From Cystobasidiomycetes sp. EMM_F5 (lineage: Eukaryota): a DNA stretch of 64,000 nucleotides. Positions 37,748 through 49,579 of the stretch are shown here, piece by piece; position 1 is the first letter of the stretch, and each line of letters starts with the position of its first letter. The notes under the pieces were generated by a model. The model saw nothing but the letters and a program-made list of their open reading frames with translations, was not told the DNA's origin and ran no database searches. Both the position numbers and the translations under genes were made by a program. The DNA is taken from the NCBI GenBank assembly GCA_051047955.1, contig JBPGPT010000003.1:62001-126000 (forward strand), given 5' to 3'.

Positions 37748-40250
37748 CTAACGAGAGCAGCGCTTATGATTCCCATGGTAGTGCATGACGGACATTGTAT
37801 CATGTGACGATGTCCCGTTGTGATGCCCGAACGCGTCTAGCGATGCGTCATCCAATTTGTTTGAAAACGGTGAATACCACGCCTTTTGATTGTGCTGTAG
37901 ACTATTGGTGATTTGCTTCATGTTTAGCTTCATAAGGTCAGCAATGAAGGATCCGATCTTTAAGACCATATCAGCAATGAAATCCCGCATGCCCACCCGA
38001 AGCGGTCGTACCTCTGTATTCTCCCTATTGCCTCCGAGCCTCGGGGCTGCCAGATATCTCGGATAGCCGTACAAATTGACATCTTGGTCGCATACCGTCA
38101 GTACTACCTCCTATGTGCGCAAGCGAGAATATTACCCACCAACTCCGCTGTGGCCTTCTGTTGCCCAACCCAGCTGCGCTCGATGGCTTGGTAATTTACT
38201 CAGAGTGTGATCGAGAGTCCAAAGACCAGCATCGTTGATGTCCTTGTCTCGCAATATTGATGCAATCTCCTTGTCGTCCGGATCGCTCACGCCCAGCTCA
38301 TCCTTCAACAGCTTCCGCAATTGCTCAATAGTGATTGTCTGAGATTGCGCATGAATATGATCCGCAACTTTGCGACTGGTGCGCGTTGCGTTGGTTAAAG
38401 CGTCAGGATACCAGGCGTAGTCTGGGTATGCAACGCCGTCCAATTGATATGCTAGTGATAGACCACCAGTCTCATGATCCGACACGCTGATCATGACCGT
38501 CGCAATCCCCGCTTTGTTCAGTTCATCCACGTGTTTCCTGACTACTTGTACCGTGGATTGATATGAGAGAATTTCGTGCACATGTCCAGCAGGATCGTTA
38601 CTGTGCCCAGCCATATCGATTCTTGAGCCCTCAACCATGAGGAAGAAGCCATGCGATGAATCAGCCTTCACTGCACCTCGCAAAATGTTCAGAGCCTTGT
38701 CGGCCCTTTAAGAATAAGCATGTCGTCAATTTTTGTCGTCGGACGTGTATGAAAGCAAATACTTACATGTCTGACAAGGTTGGCTCTCGCTCTTCCTCGC
38801 GTTCGCTCATGGCAAGCCTGTCAATCTCGTATTCCATATGATCTCGTGCAAAAAGGCCAATGGTGCCAATCTCGCTTGCTGTACCTTTCAGAGCATCAAA
38901 CTCTTTTCGGGTAGTGATGACATTATATGCAGGATTTGAATTCTTCTTCTTGTTATGCGCAGCTTTGATAAGATCGAGGCCGTCTGTGCGGCACGACGTT
39001 ACTGACGTGTTTGGCAGAAAGAAGCACAGACCGCCGCCGAACGCCAAGTCGACTTGCTGTCCTAGAGGATGATTATAAACTAGCTGCTCTGGAGGGGCAA
39101 GAAATAATGGACTCTTGAGCACGTCTAACTGGCCCACCCGTAAAGGTTTAAAGCTCACCCGCAATCTTGCCTTCCATGTCTCGGTCTGGCACATGGGCAT
39201 AGAAAGCTGCTGGGGTTGCGTGAGTGATACGCTAGTTTCATAAATGTCAGCGGTCACTGAGATACTCATTGGCTGGACTGGCCAAGACATACGCTCGTCA
39301 CAACCAAACCAGTCCGGTAGCCTTGATGTTTTGCCGCTTCCAAAATGGTACCGCAAGGATCCCTCTTTTCCGGCTCAACGGCTATCGCCCCGTTGTAGCT
39401 CTTCTTGGCGCAGCTGAAGGCAGTGGCACCGGCTGCGGAATCGGTCACCAAGCTATCGGTGGATCTCGTTCGGGAGGACCCGATGAGCATCTCGTCCAGC
39501 GGCAATCTCAGCCCATAGAATTGCTTATCTGATGAAGTAACGGATGACAGGTTGCCGACGTTTGCCCATCTGCCACCTTTCTGTATGGATCTGTGATTGC
39601 TGGAATGCAGATATTGTAGGTATTGTCGAGCGAAGGTCTCTGACGCTGGACCGAAGCCATCCGAAATCATTAAAATCACATTCACCTGCAGATACAGTCA
39701 AATGCATCCGGTGACCTCACATACTGTAAATGGCGTACTTTCGTAACATGGCCATGCCTTGTAATGGCGGTCGAGAAGTAGGCCAAGAGATAGCCGAAAC
39801 ACACCAGCACACCCAATCCACTGTAGAAATGTCACTCATTCAGCATGCCTGAAGGTCCTCGACGTCTAATATGACATACCCAAATATGGCTGTGAGACCG
39901 GGTTGCTTCTTATTTGCATTCGTTAGACGTTCTGGCACTGGCAGCCGTTTCGCAAAGCGATACACCTTCTCGCTCGGTTCATCATCCTCATCTCCGTCAT
40001 CGTCGTCCTCGTAGTGACTTTGATTGGGTCCTAAGCTATCGACTTGGCCAGCTGTCCGACCATCGTCCTTCTCTGGCACGTCTCGGCTGTACGTAGGCGC
40101 ATACTCGTATCGGCCTTCCTGGGATTTTGTACCAGTCTTTGAAATGTTCGTGCCATTGATATCGCTCGAACTGCCTAACCCTAGTTCCTGGTCACCCAAG
40201 CTGAACTGGTCTCTGTCATGCTGAAGCGACTGGCGCTGTCCGACCAGCAT
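37748..40250 (-). CDS. PHO8: Repressible vacuolar-type alkaline phosphatase (type II membrane protein)
   Basis: NVILMISDGFGPAS, catalytic VTDSAAGATAFSC, FFLMVEGSRIDMAGHSND, VSDHETGG, WATEGHSG. Long cytosolic N-terminus followed by a hydrophobic segment. Confidence 0.92.
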
Positions 40251-40475
40251 AACGTACAGAGTACAGGCACACTCCTCAGCAACAGAACAATGGTGGTTGC
40301 TAGAAGGTGAAGCGAACGGGGTATTCCTCTATCGCAAATTGCCGATCACGGGCTTGACAGGTCGGCTATCGCGGCAGATACTAGTCACTCCAAGATTATA
40401 CATACACGACTCCGCGGGATACGAATAATGGGCTCTCGGCGAAAACGACGACAAGGCAAGAATGATGTTCCCAGA

Positions 40476-41855
40476 TTACTGGCGACTGATATTTTGGTAG
40501 GCTTGGCTCGTCTCTTCGTACTGTATGTTGAACAAAGTGTCCTTCTCTTGAGCGATGTATCTGTCGTCTTCCGTTAGCAGGATCTTTTAGTGAGAGACAT
40601 GCTACGGTACCTCAGGATGTCTTGTAGATGTTCTCGAAGAACGGATATAGTGTCGGCGTCCATGGACGAGTGAGCCATGAGCTCAGGCAGGTTGACTGAT
40701 AGAATCGACACAAAGATACGAGATGGACATCTCAGTCACACCCGTTAGCTGAGCTATGAGAGTTTCCCTACCAAATAAGCGTAAGAGGTGCTCGACGCCA
40801 TAGACGTTACACATTTCTCGCTTTTCCTCCGTTTCGTCGGGGATGAGTCCAGAGAAGCGACGCTTCATCTCGCTATACTGACCGCGTTCAAAGCGATAGA
40901 GAAGATTGTTGCCAAGCGACTTGTCAAAGTAGAGCTTCAGTCCAGCAATCACCTCCTTGAGAATCGAGATTTGGCTGGGTTTGAGCGTGGACGCTGTTGC
41001 AGCAGCGTAATCGTCTAGGATTTTGGATACGGTAGGTGTACGTGGCAGTGGAATGAGCTGTAGTACGCCGTCTGTCCACGTCAGCGAGTACTTCCGCACG
41101 CTATTGAGCAGACTTAGCCCACCTGAGCATTCTTGGTGATTGCTTCCCAATCGTCCACCAGCTTGACCTTGAGGATATCTGGAATGACGAGTTTGATCTC
41201 TGGCTTGTTTCTAAACTCCTCCTCCTCTTGGACAGACTCTCTCGACCGCTTAGTACCCCTTGCGCCTTTATCGACGCCAGCCGTGACATAGTCCTTATTG
41301 CCCGACGCTCGACTTGCCGATGCACTCTTGTTGGACAGGCTCGTATCGAGATCACCCCTCTTCAGCGCCTCCCGCTCTGCACGATCCTTGGCTCGTTGTG
41401 CTTCAAACAGCTGCTTTTGCCTCGCTAGGTTTTCCTCGTTGAACTTGAGCAGCCTCGATTCAGCCACCCACTCATCCCACGTCTGCTTCCATCCCTTGTA
41501 GTGCACAAAGTAGTGCGGACCTATCTCGCCGTGCTTCTTTGCGTCGGTACGTATCTCGACTTTGAAGATCTACGAAAGCGCCGAGCGACGTGACAGAACG
41601 TCAAGGGGGATAGAGTCTGTGAGCCATGGAAGACTGTGAAAGGTGAAATTGGCGTACTTTCTATGGACGAGGCAAAAAAAATGCCCAATTTCGCCTCAAA
41701 ATGTCAGCCTCGTTTTCAGTCAATAAACGCGTCGATGTGCCGTGCGTTCGGGAGCAATAGACGTGGTAGAATGAATGAAGACTGACAGCTTCGTAGATGA
41801 GTGGTCCGTGGAAGCATAGTGCGCGTTCGTTCTCGTGGAAGTTAGGCTGCTGCAT
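40476..41855 (-). CDS. EAF3: Chromodomain/MRG-domain protein (NuA4/Rpd3S subunit)
   Basis: ERALCFHGPLIYEA, YFVHYKGWKQTWDEWV (chromo barrel). MRG domain LKVKLVDDWEAITK, GLKLYFDKSLGNNLLYRFERGQY, YGVEHLLRLF. Confidence 0.95.
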
Positions 41856-42304
41856 GATTTTTGGATGGAAGCCAAGCCCGCTGTTTTGTTTTCTGGACGA
41901 CGGCGACGCAAAGCGGTCTGACATGCGGAAATGAATAATCAGAACGGAGCGGGATTCAACGCTTTTGACCATTACATTCAGGCTAATGTCGCCTCGCGAT
42001 GCCGTTACAATATGCTCTGCGTCTCATAAGAGTGTTGACGACTGTCCGCTGCACGGTCTGAATACGCTTGAATGTGTCGAAGATTTCGGATGCGCTGCCC
42101 GTAGTCTGGAACTTTAGCAATTCACATATATCTTCTGTGAATGCATTACTCTACACGCAGGCAGTTGCAAGCTGAGTGTCGTTCTTTCAAGTAGCCGCCT
42201 GGATTAGTCATCGCCGGCAGTTTGTACGGCCGAGCAGCTGAACCTTTTCCGAGTTTCCAGCTTTTACCTGCGTCAGTACTTGTGCTGGAACTGCTGCCTC
42301 AGAC

Positions 42305-44959
42305 ATGACCGCCATGGTGCACAGCCATGCTCACTCGCACAGCACCTGCTCGGCGTCGGATATTCAACTCCTGCGAGCGCTGACGGCGCCATCGTCATCG
42401 AAAAGCAACAGCAGCCTGCATTCATCGTCGCCCCTCGTACAGAGGTACGCTCGAGCAGCAGTGAACCAGACGAGGAGGCCGCAGCTCGACCCGCTCATAC
42501 TGGAAACGGCGAGCAGCTCTGGTCCGCAGTGAGTTTCATCTTCCTCGGCCAGAGTTTCAGCTCGGACTGGCTCGGAAAGGTGGTATGTGAGCGGGATGCT
42601 TTCAATAAGCTGCCTCCAGCATGCAGGGATAGTTGAAATTCGTCCGCACCTTCCGCGAAGCTTCCAGCTGTATTAATGTCCGAAAGCCGATGCCGAATCA
42701 AATGCTGACATTCCGGGTGACTTTCGCAGCGTCACTCGCAACCACTTTCTACACGAATTCTATCCGCACCCAGAAGACCCATCCTCGTCCTTCTCTTTTC
42801 CCAATGGGCGGAGGCGGCAGAGAAATGGCTACTCCGCCGCAAAGCATGCAGGAGAATATCGAGATTGCGATGTTGGTCCGGAAAGCGATGCAGAACTCGA
42901 GGAGAGGGAACGTGTGAGACTACAGCGTGATTCTTCGACCTCGACAAAGGCGACGACGAGCTCGGATGTTGCCAGGGAAGCATTCGTAGCAGGCTTATAC
43001 CAATCTCGACAAGCGCCACGAAAGGAACGCTTGGAAAGGGAGGAGAGGGAGAAGGAATTACTCTTGACGATGGCAGGACTCCCCTCGACCTCGACAGCGA
43101 CTCCCTCGCTCTCGATCTCACAACAGAATCAAGTTGGAATCGGGACCATCACAGAAAACTCCGATGTAGCGTTAGCTCAACCTCCGTCTGAAACGCCACG
43201 AAGGAACACAAGACAACGACGAAGACGTCAATCTATCCTCCATCCTGATCCGATAGCCCTGCCCGCCCTTCTCAAAGCATCCAAACCGCCCTCATTCTTG
43301 CATTCTATCCCGCATCGTCACTACAAGAGTAACCAAGGACCATTCACGCACAAAGGAACAGCCATCACAATCGAAGCAAGCAGTTCGGAGGTGAACGATT
43401 CCACTTCTCAGCCGTCTGCAAACAGTCTTCCGAAGCTACAAGTGACATGTATGGCACGTACGCGTGTGCCAACACCGCACGGCGAGGTGTATCTCCATCT
43501 CTACAAGAATAATATAGATGACAAAGAACACTTGGCCTTTGTCTTCGATCGCGATCAGCTCGAGCAGAAGCGTCGGGATCGCGATGGAGCAACATCACGG
43601 GAGGATGGCAAAGGGCAGCTGTCTCGAGAAAGTAACGACGAAGAAGAAAATGACGAAGATGACCTAGTTGTCGGGACGCTACGGAGCCGCTCTCTCGATT
43701 CCGTCTGGCGCGAAGGCGAGACGGATATGGAACGTATTGTCCGCGGAGCATACGTCGGTCGTCTCAGCAGTTCCTGTGCCATTCCATCAAACGAGGTCGA
43801 AGTGATAGGCAGCTCGTCATCGCTAGATACCGCGTCGTCTCAGACCAACGATGATGCCGTACTGATTCGCGTGCATAGCGAATGCTTTACGGGCGAGACG
43901 ATTGGCTCGCAGCGCTGTGATTGCGGTGAGCAGCTCGACGAAGCATTCCGCCTTATCTCCTCGTCTCCTTCTGGGCTCGGTGTTATCGTCTACTTGCGGC
44001 AAGAAGGACGTGGTATCGGTTTGTTGGAGAAGATCAAGGCCTATAATCTGCAAGACCTCGGACATGACACCGTTACCGCCAATCTCTTGCTCGGTCACAA
44101 TGCGGATATGCGAACGTATGGCATTGCAGGCGAGATACTGAGAGATTTGCGAGTCGGTCATGTGCGCTTGCTCACCAACAATCCAGACAAGATTGACTCG
44201 GTGGAAAGAGAGGGAATACGGGTTGTCGAGCGAGTGCCTATGGTCCCTCGCGGCTGGATCGTTCCAGCACTCGGCAATGGCAAATCATCAAGTCGTCGCA
44301 AAACCCATCGCAAACCGAATACTCAGAACGGTCACCGAAGTGAACGTCGGAGAAGAGAGGACGGCGCACTCTCAAATTTACACAACGGCCCGCTCATGAC
44401 AGATAGTGCTATCTCCCTACTGACATCCGAGCCAGAATGGTCTGACGGTCACCGCGAGGGATCATCGTACGGCTTCCCCTCCACTTCGTCACGTTCAGGA
44501 TCAGATCCAGATGATCATGCGGAAGGCGGAGAAGAGGAGAATGAGTCCTCCTACAGTACGGATGCCTCTGAATCATCGTCCGAAGATCGGGCAGATTACA
44601 TGATGGCAATGAACAGGACAGGAGTCGGCATGATTGGCGGCGGTACGACGCATTCTGTTGAGCTCGAGAGGTACCTCAAGACAAAGATTGAGAGGATGGG
44701 GCACATGCTGGCTGTACCGTCCACCCCGCCGAGCACACCAACCGCATTACAAAGCCGGAAAGCAAAAGCGCTGAATAAAATCAAGTCGGGAAATGCGTCA
44801 GCCAATTCCCACAAACGTGTCAAGAGCCGATTGGAGGAAAGTGTAACGAGCCTACAGCTCGAAGCGGACGACAGCGGAACAGTGCCAACAAAGTCAGCAG
44901 CAGCAGCATCAGAAATACGGCCAAACATTTCGAAAGTGGAAGATAGCTCGATGTCTTGA
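42305..44959 (+). CDS. RIB1: GTP cyclohydrolase II (riboflavin biosynthesis)
   Basis: [23 protein letters not shown] (Zn-binding Cys), [47 protein letters not shown]. Exon 1 (42305-42528) joins the main ORF in frame across intron 42529-42729. Confidence 0.95.
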
Positions 44960-45041
44960 TTTCGTTCGCTAGCCGCTTGATCCTAGAATGCATGCCGTAC
45001 ATATCTTCGGACTCGTTTTGAATGTCATATGTCTGTCTTTA

Positions 45042-45458
45042 TCACGCATTGCGAAGGCCGCTGAGACCGGACGTTATTTCATTATCTCCTCGCCGCGACA
45101 CAGATTGCTGGAATGTGCATTTAGTCAGCGTTTCGACTGATGGCATGAGCTATCTGCCGCTTACGTTCGTTTCAGACTGCCTATTCGCTACGGAGCCCTG
45201 AGGTCGACCTGATGCAGCATCACCGAGAGCATCGACAGCACCGAGCGTCTCTCCACGAATCTTCTCTCCAGCTCCGTGCACGACATTAGCAATGCTGCAT
45301 ACAAAAACTCATGTTGTCAGGCTTGTCAGAGCTGTCACTAAACGCACTCACTCTTTGATAAAGCCACCGACTTTCGCGCCGCCGGTTGTTGCTGTCGAGG
45401 CAGAGTGGCTCTCCGCACTTGTAGTAGTTGCCGGAGTCACAGTTGAATTGGCTGCCAT
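45042..45458 (-). CDS. Small conserved-looking fungal hydrophilic protein (HGAGE-x-IRG type)
   Basis: Three exons joined by canonical introns: MAANSTVTPATTTS...GGFIK|DIANVVHGAGEKIRGETLGAVDALGDAASGRPQ...ETN|QSVSRRGDNEITSGLSGLRNA*. The HGAGE..RG..AVD motif is one I recall from uncharacterised fungal proteins. Confidence 0.7.
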
Positions 45459-46225
45459 GGTCAAGAGTACAATAATTGGCGTGAAGGCATGGTCGGGCAA
45501 CGTCAAACCATTCGCATTTTGCCAGTTTCTTATGGTGACGTTGTGTGTTTGACAAAGTGCGCACACTTACGAAGAAATTTGTCCATCATGTACAACCCTG
45601 CAGCAAGTGGCTGCGAGACTACAGTCCAGCTTCTATAGAGCACGGAACGTACGACTACCTTCAGCAAAGACCTCCAAGCTGTGCCCATGCTGCAGCGGCC
45701 GCCGAAAGCAGCATTGTTCGCATGAAAGTGTGCATTTCGAAATTCAGTGAAGGCTCATAGACATCTTGTAAAGCTATGCAGATAGGAGTGCGCGTCTGAC
45801 ATCGCGGCAGAGTCACGGACAGAGGCGCGTCGCTGCTGAAACGTCACTTGCACAACTTGCTGGTCTGGCTGCCCGGGGGTTTCTCCTGTAAAGGATAACA
45901 GAATCGTCCAGTTGCAGCATATTGTGAGACTTCATCGAGGTTTGGGTGGCCGTAGCCTCACGATAGTCACGTCTTGAGGACCGCCAGATTGGCAAAGGCG
46001 GGTGAGCGTAGCTGATGAGGAGGAAGCCCACACTGTGCGATGCATCAATTGACCTCCTAAACTGTGATGGCCTGTGATGGCTGCTGTACAGAGCAGGCAC
46101 TCCGGTCGAATTTCCCTATGTTGTGAAGCAAGCCTGGTAAATACCGCAGCGTGATAGCTCTTGCCCGGCGTGAAGCGGCACTGGGTCTGCAGTGATAAAG
46201 TGTGTTTTGACACTAGGCATTGCGC

Positions 46226-46677
46226 TCAGGCTGCGGCTGAGACTGCTACCGGAGTCGTGGAAACAACCTTCTCCGAGGCTGCTGGAGTTTCTGCGTATTG
46301 TTCGAAATCCATCTGCCAAGAACCAGATATAAGCTCTTCACTCTTCATGCAAGGCGTGCGCAATCCTACCTGGTCAAACACGACGCGGATAATCAGGCTG
46401 CAGGAAGGGCAGGTGGCAACGTCAAAGCCGTCAGCAAGTTGAGGCTGCAGGAATCTGTCAGCGTTTACGGCATATGCATTCTGGCGCTGCAACTTCTTCC
46501 GTACTCGTGATATCTCAAAGCGGTCGCCGCACGGGCAGGGCCAGTGGTAGACGCCCTTCGACTCGTCCCAGCTCATGTCTTCAATTTCGACCTCGTCGTC
46601 TGAGCAAGTGCTAAGCCTTAGTATTGCTTCATAGATGGCCTTGCTCCCTCATACTCACAGTAGGTGATCTTGCCCAT
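46226..46677 (-). CDS. DPH3: Diphthamide biosynthesis protein 3 (CSL zinc finger, Kti11)
   Basis: [18 protein letters not shown]...[14 protein letters not shown]...[17 protein letters not shown]. Confidence 0.95.
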
Positions 46678-46797
46678 CGTAAACAATTGTGACAGAGTCA
46701 ACAACCGGTGAAAATTGTGCTTCTTTCGAATCCATTTGCCACTGAAAGCAAAACCTAATCGTTTCGGGCTACAACAACACGGTCATGGCAAGGATTG

Positions 46798-48208
46798 TCA
46801 CGCCATCTCAGAATCAGCGACTCCCTGCTCGTCGTCGCCAACGTCCTCCCATCCATCCTCGCCATCCTGTCCGTTTTGCCTTGAAGTCTGCGCCTCCTGC
46901 TCCAATTTGGCTATATGAGCCTCGACATCGGTCATTGTGACACCCTTGACAGTCTCAAGCTCTTGTATCAATTCACTGACATGTGCCAACATGTCCGGAT
47001 CCGTTTCATCGGGTCTACGCGCATGAAGCTGTCGAAGCGAGGAAGTCGTCAGATTGCATACATCACAACTCTCAGAGAATTGAGCACACCTGCAGAAATC
47101 TCTCCAATGCTTCTCGCGCATCAACGTAGTACTCTTTGTCATCATTGTGCGATCCGTGACTTCGCTCTCCTTTGAGCCAATTTGCTAGACCGAGTAAGTA
47201 CAGCAACTCAGGCTCTTCATCATCCTCATCTTCCAAGCCCTCGAGGACGTCAAGAGCGTCGTCATAATTGTCTACCTCCACCAGTAGCCGTGCAAGACCA
47301 AGGCGAGAAACATATGCAGGTATGGCAGGAGCATCCGTCGGGAGATCCCTCCAGATCGAAAATGACTTTTCGAGGGCGTTTCTTGCGTCGTCCACCCGAG
47401 ATTGGGAAAGGCGTACAGAAGCAAGGGTAGAATATATCTCGGGATTTACGTCGGCTCCTGCATCCACACGTAAAGCCAGGTCTAGATATCCACTGCATCT
47501 CGTCTCTGCGTCCACTTCAAAACTGCATGCAAAAAGATAGTCAGCTAATTGTTCAGCGAGACAGACGCATTGCATACCATAGGTCTGTGAGATATAATTC
47601 TGTCATAGACACCAACGCTTTCGTTATCTCCGTTCGCACTTCGCGTTCGCGTTCACTCCACATCCTGTCTTTGCCATTGCTCGCACTTCCTCCGGTAAAG
47701 TCGACACCGTCACCCAAAGAGGCACTCAGAATATCAATGGCGGACTGAAAGTGGGTGATAGCTTCATGAGGGGATAATGCCAACTGAGCCAAGTAAAGCA
47801 GCGCTGTCGACGACGTTTGAGATATCGCTGTAAAGATCTGTGTTGACATGGCAAATTAGGGACTAGAATGAATTTGCCATCGCAATATGCCGTCCTACAC
47901 ACCTCTCGCGCTCCATTTTCGTCTCCCTCTTCTAAACAGCACATCCCTAAAACTTCGCCAGCCCGAGCTTGTTGGACAGCATCGTATTGTCCGTTTTCGC
48001 TGAGCAGCTTGCTTGCTCGTGTAGCAAACTTGCGCGCCAGATCAAGACAATCTGGGCCAGCCCTTGCAAGAATGGCTTCAGCCTTGTCAAGGAGTTCGGA
48101 GGGAGCATAATTTGGAGTAGACGATTGGGCAGAACTGGAGGCTGAGCCAGAAGCTGCAATATCAGCTTTGGCTCGAGCACTCTTCTTTGCGACTTTTGTG
48201 CGGGCCAT
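46798..48208 (-). CDS. ACL4: TPR protein, assembly chaperone of Rpl4
   Basis: Basic N-terminus; LLYLAQL; ALVSMTELYLTDL|CFEVDAETRC; NPEIYSTLASVRLSQSR; acidic tail EDGWEDV. Matches recalled Acl4 signatures. Confidence 0.85.
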
Positions 48209-48308
48209 CGCGGCCTTCAGATAAAAGCAGGTCAAGCGCGGTCATGACACAATGAAAATACTGCGTTACTGATCGAAGTGGAACCGAGAAATGATCACTA
48301 CAACGATA

Positions 48309-49309
48309 TCATACTTTCGATACTTCAGCTGCATCATTCTCTGCTTCGCCGGTTCGTGACGGCGAATCTGACGCCCCCGAACGAGCGCTGCTGGCTTGCT
48401 CTTGTTGACCATTCATTTCCGTCTGAAGTAACGTATTTGCCATCTCTTTCACTTTATCAGCTAGTGAAGTAGCTACTCCTCCGACTTGACTCTCAGCTTG
48501 CTCAACCATGTCTGCACCGAAGCCAACTTTCTTACGTTCCAGCAGATTAGCCTTCATCTGAACGCCATCCATGCCGTTTTGGTGAAGGTAGCTTAGCCAG
48601 GCATCGACTTGTTCAGGCGGCGCGTCAAACAATCTGAAATATCGACTGTGCTTTTTCTTGATAAAATTCTCTTGGGACGGCTTGTGTACGAAAGGTGAGC
48701 GAGGGACCGTGCGAAGCGAAGATTGCACGGGCAGCGGTGCAGCCAGAGTTGCAGGTATACCAAATGCATGTGCGGCGTGCAAAGCAAACGATGTGTAGAA
48801 GGTCAAATTTGACAGATGTGTGCTGTATGCGCTCAGAGTAAGCATGCACACGGCCTTTCGATGCTTGACAGGATGTCTAGGCGGTTCAGACATCGAAAAT
48901 GAAGGAGTCCACTGCTCCGACGTGTTTGGTGTTGAAAATGCCAACTGCTCCGCTACTTGGTTCTGCAGCCGGGTCTTTGGTCTCGCAGACTTTGGCGTGT
49001 TTTCACTGTAGATGCAGTTGCATCAGCTAAATACTGTCGGTCGCAATTACTCTGGACGTACGCTTCTGTAGGTCTCGCAGGCAGTGCCGACGTGCTAGCC
49101 GATGCGTCTGTGTTCGCTGCTGTGTTGCCCCCTATACTACCTTCTGCTGTCTTCATTGTCGTTTGCAGTCCTCGAATGTGTTCCAGAGATTCATGTCTTG
49201 ACCTAGATAATCCCGACAGGCATATAGCACAGCTTGGCATGCTTGACAGTCGCAATGACGAGGTCTGCGATAGTAACCTGCGCATGGCAACTGCTGCCGG
49301 AGTAGTCAT
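48309..49309 (-). CDS. RSM10: Mitochondrial small-subunit ribosomal protein uS10m
   Basis: Arg/Ser-rich presequence-like N-terminus; one intron; S10 domain LTLSAY...FALHAAHAFGIP...PLP...TVPRSPFVHKPSQENF...HSRYFRLFDA. Confidence 0.9.
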
Positions 49310-49579
49310 CGTTCAGATTGGTCGAGAAACAAAAGAAGGACAAGATCTATCGGCAGAACCGCAAACGCCATGAAGAGGTTCCACATGACGAAGCACATAA
49401 ACTTGGAAGCCTTTCGCATACACGCAAGCTTTGCACGACGGAGTGCAGCATCGTGGCATCGCACACATGAAATTTGGTATTACTCGTGCATACTGTAATG
49501 GTAGTGGTAGACCCTTGACAATGATAGCACTATTGAACTCTACGCTAATCCCTAAAGCGCGATGCGGGCGACACTCGCC

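Noticed and set aside
37938..37981. Direct repeat tcagcaatgaa in the alkaline phosphatase 3' region
   Set aside because: Only 11 nt. One copy appears to lie in an intron at its branch point. No transposon ends are present.
42624..42650. GCAGGGATAGTTGAAATTCG in the RIB1 intron loosely resembles the start of bacterial FMN riboswitches
   Set aside because: The bases flanking TGAAATT do not form the required stem, the other conserved FMN segments are absent, and FMN riboswitches are not established in fungi.
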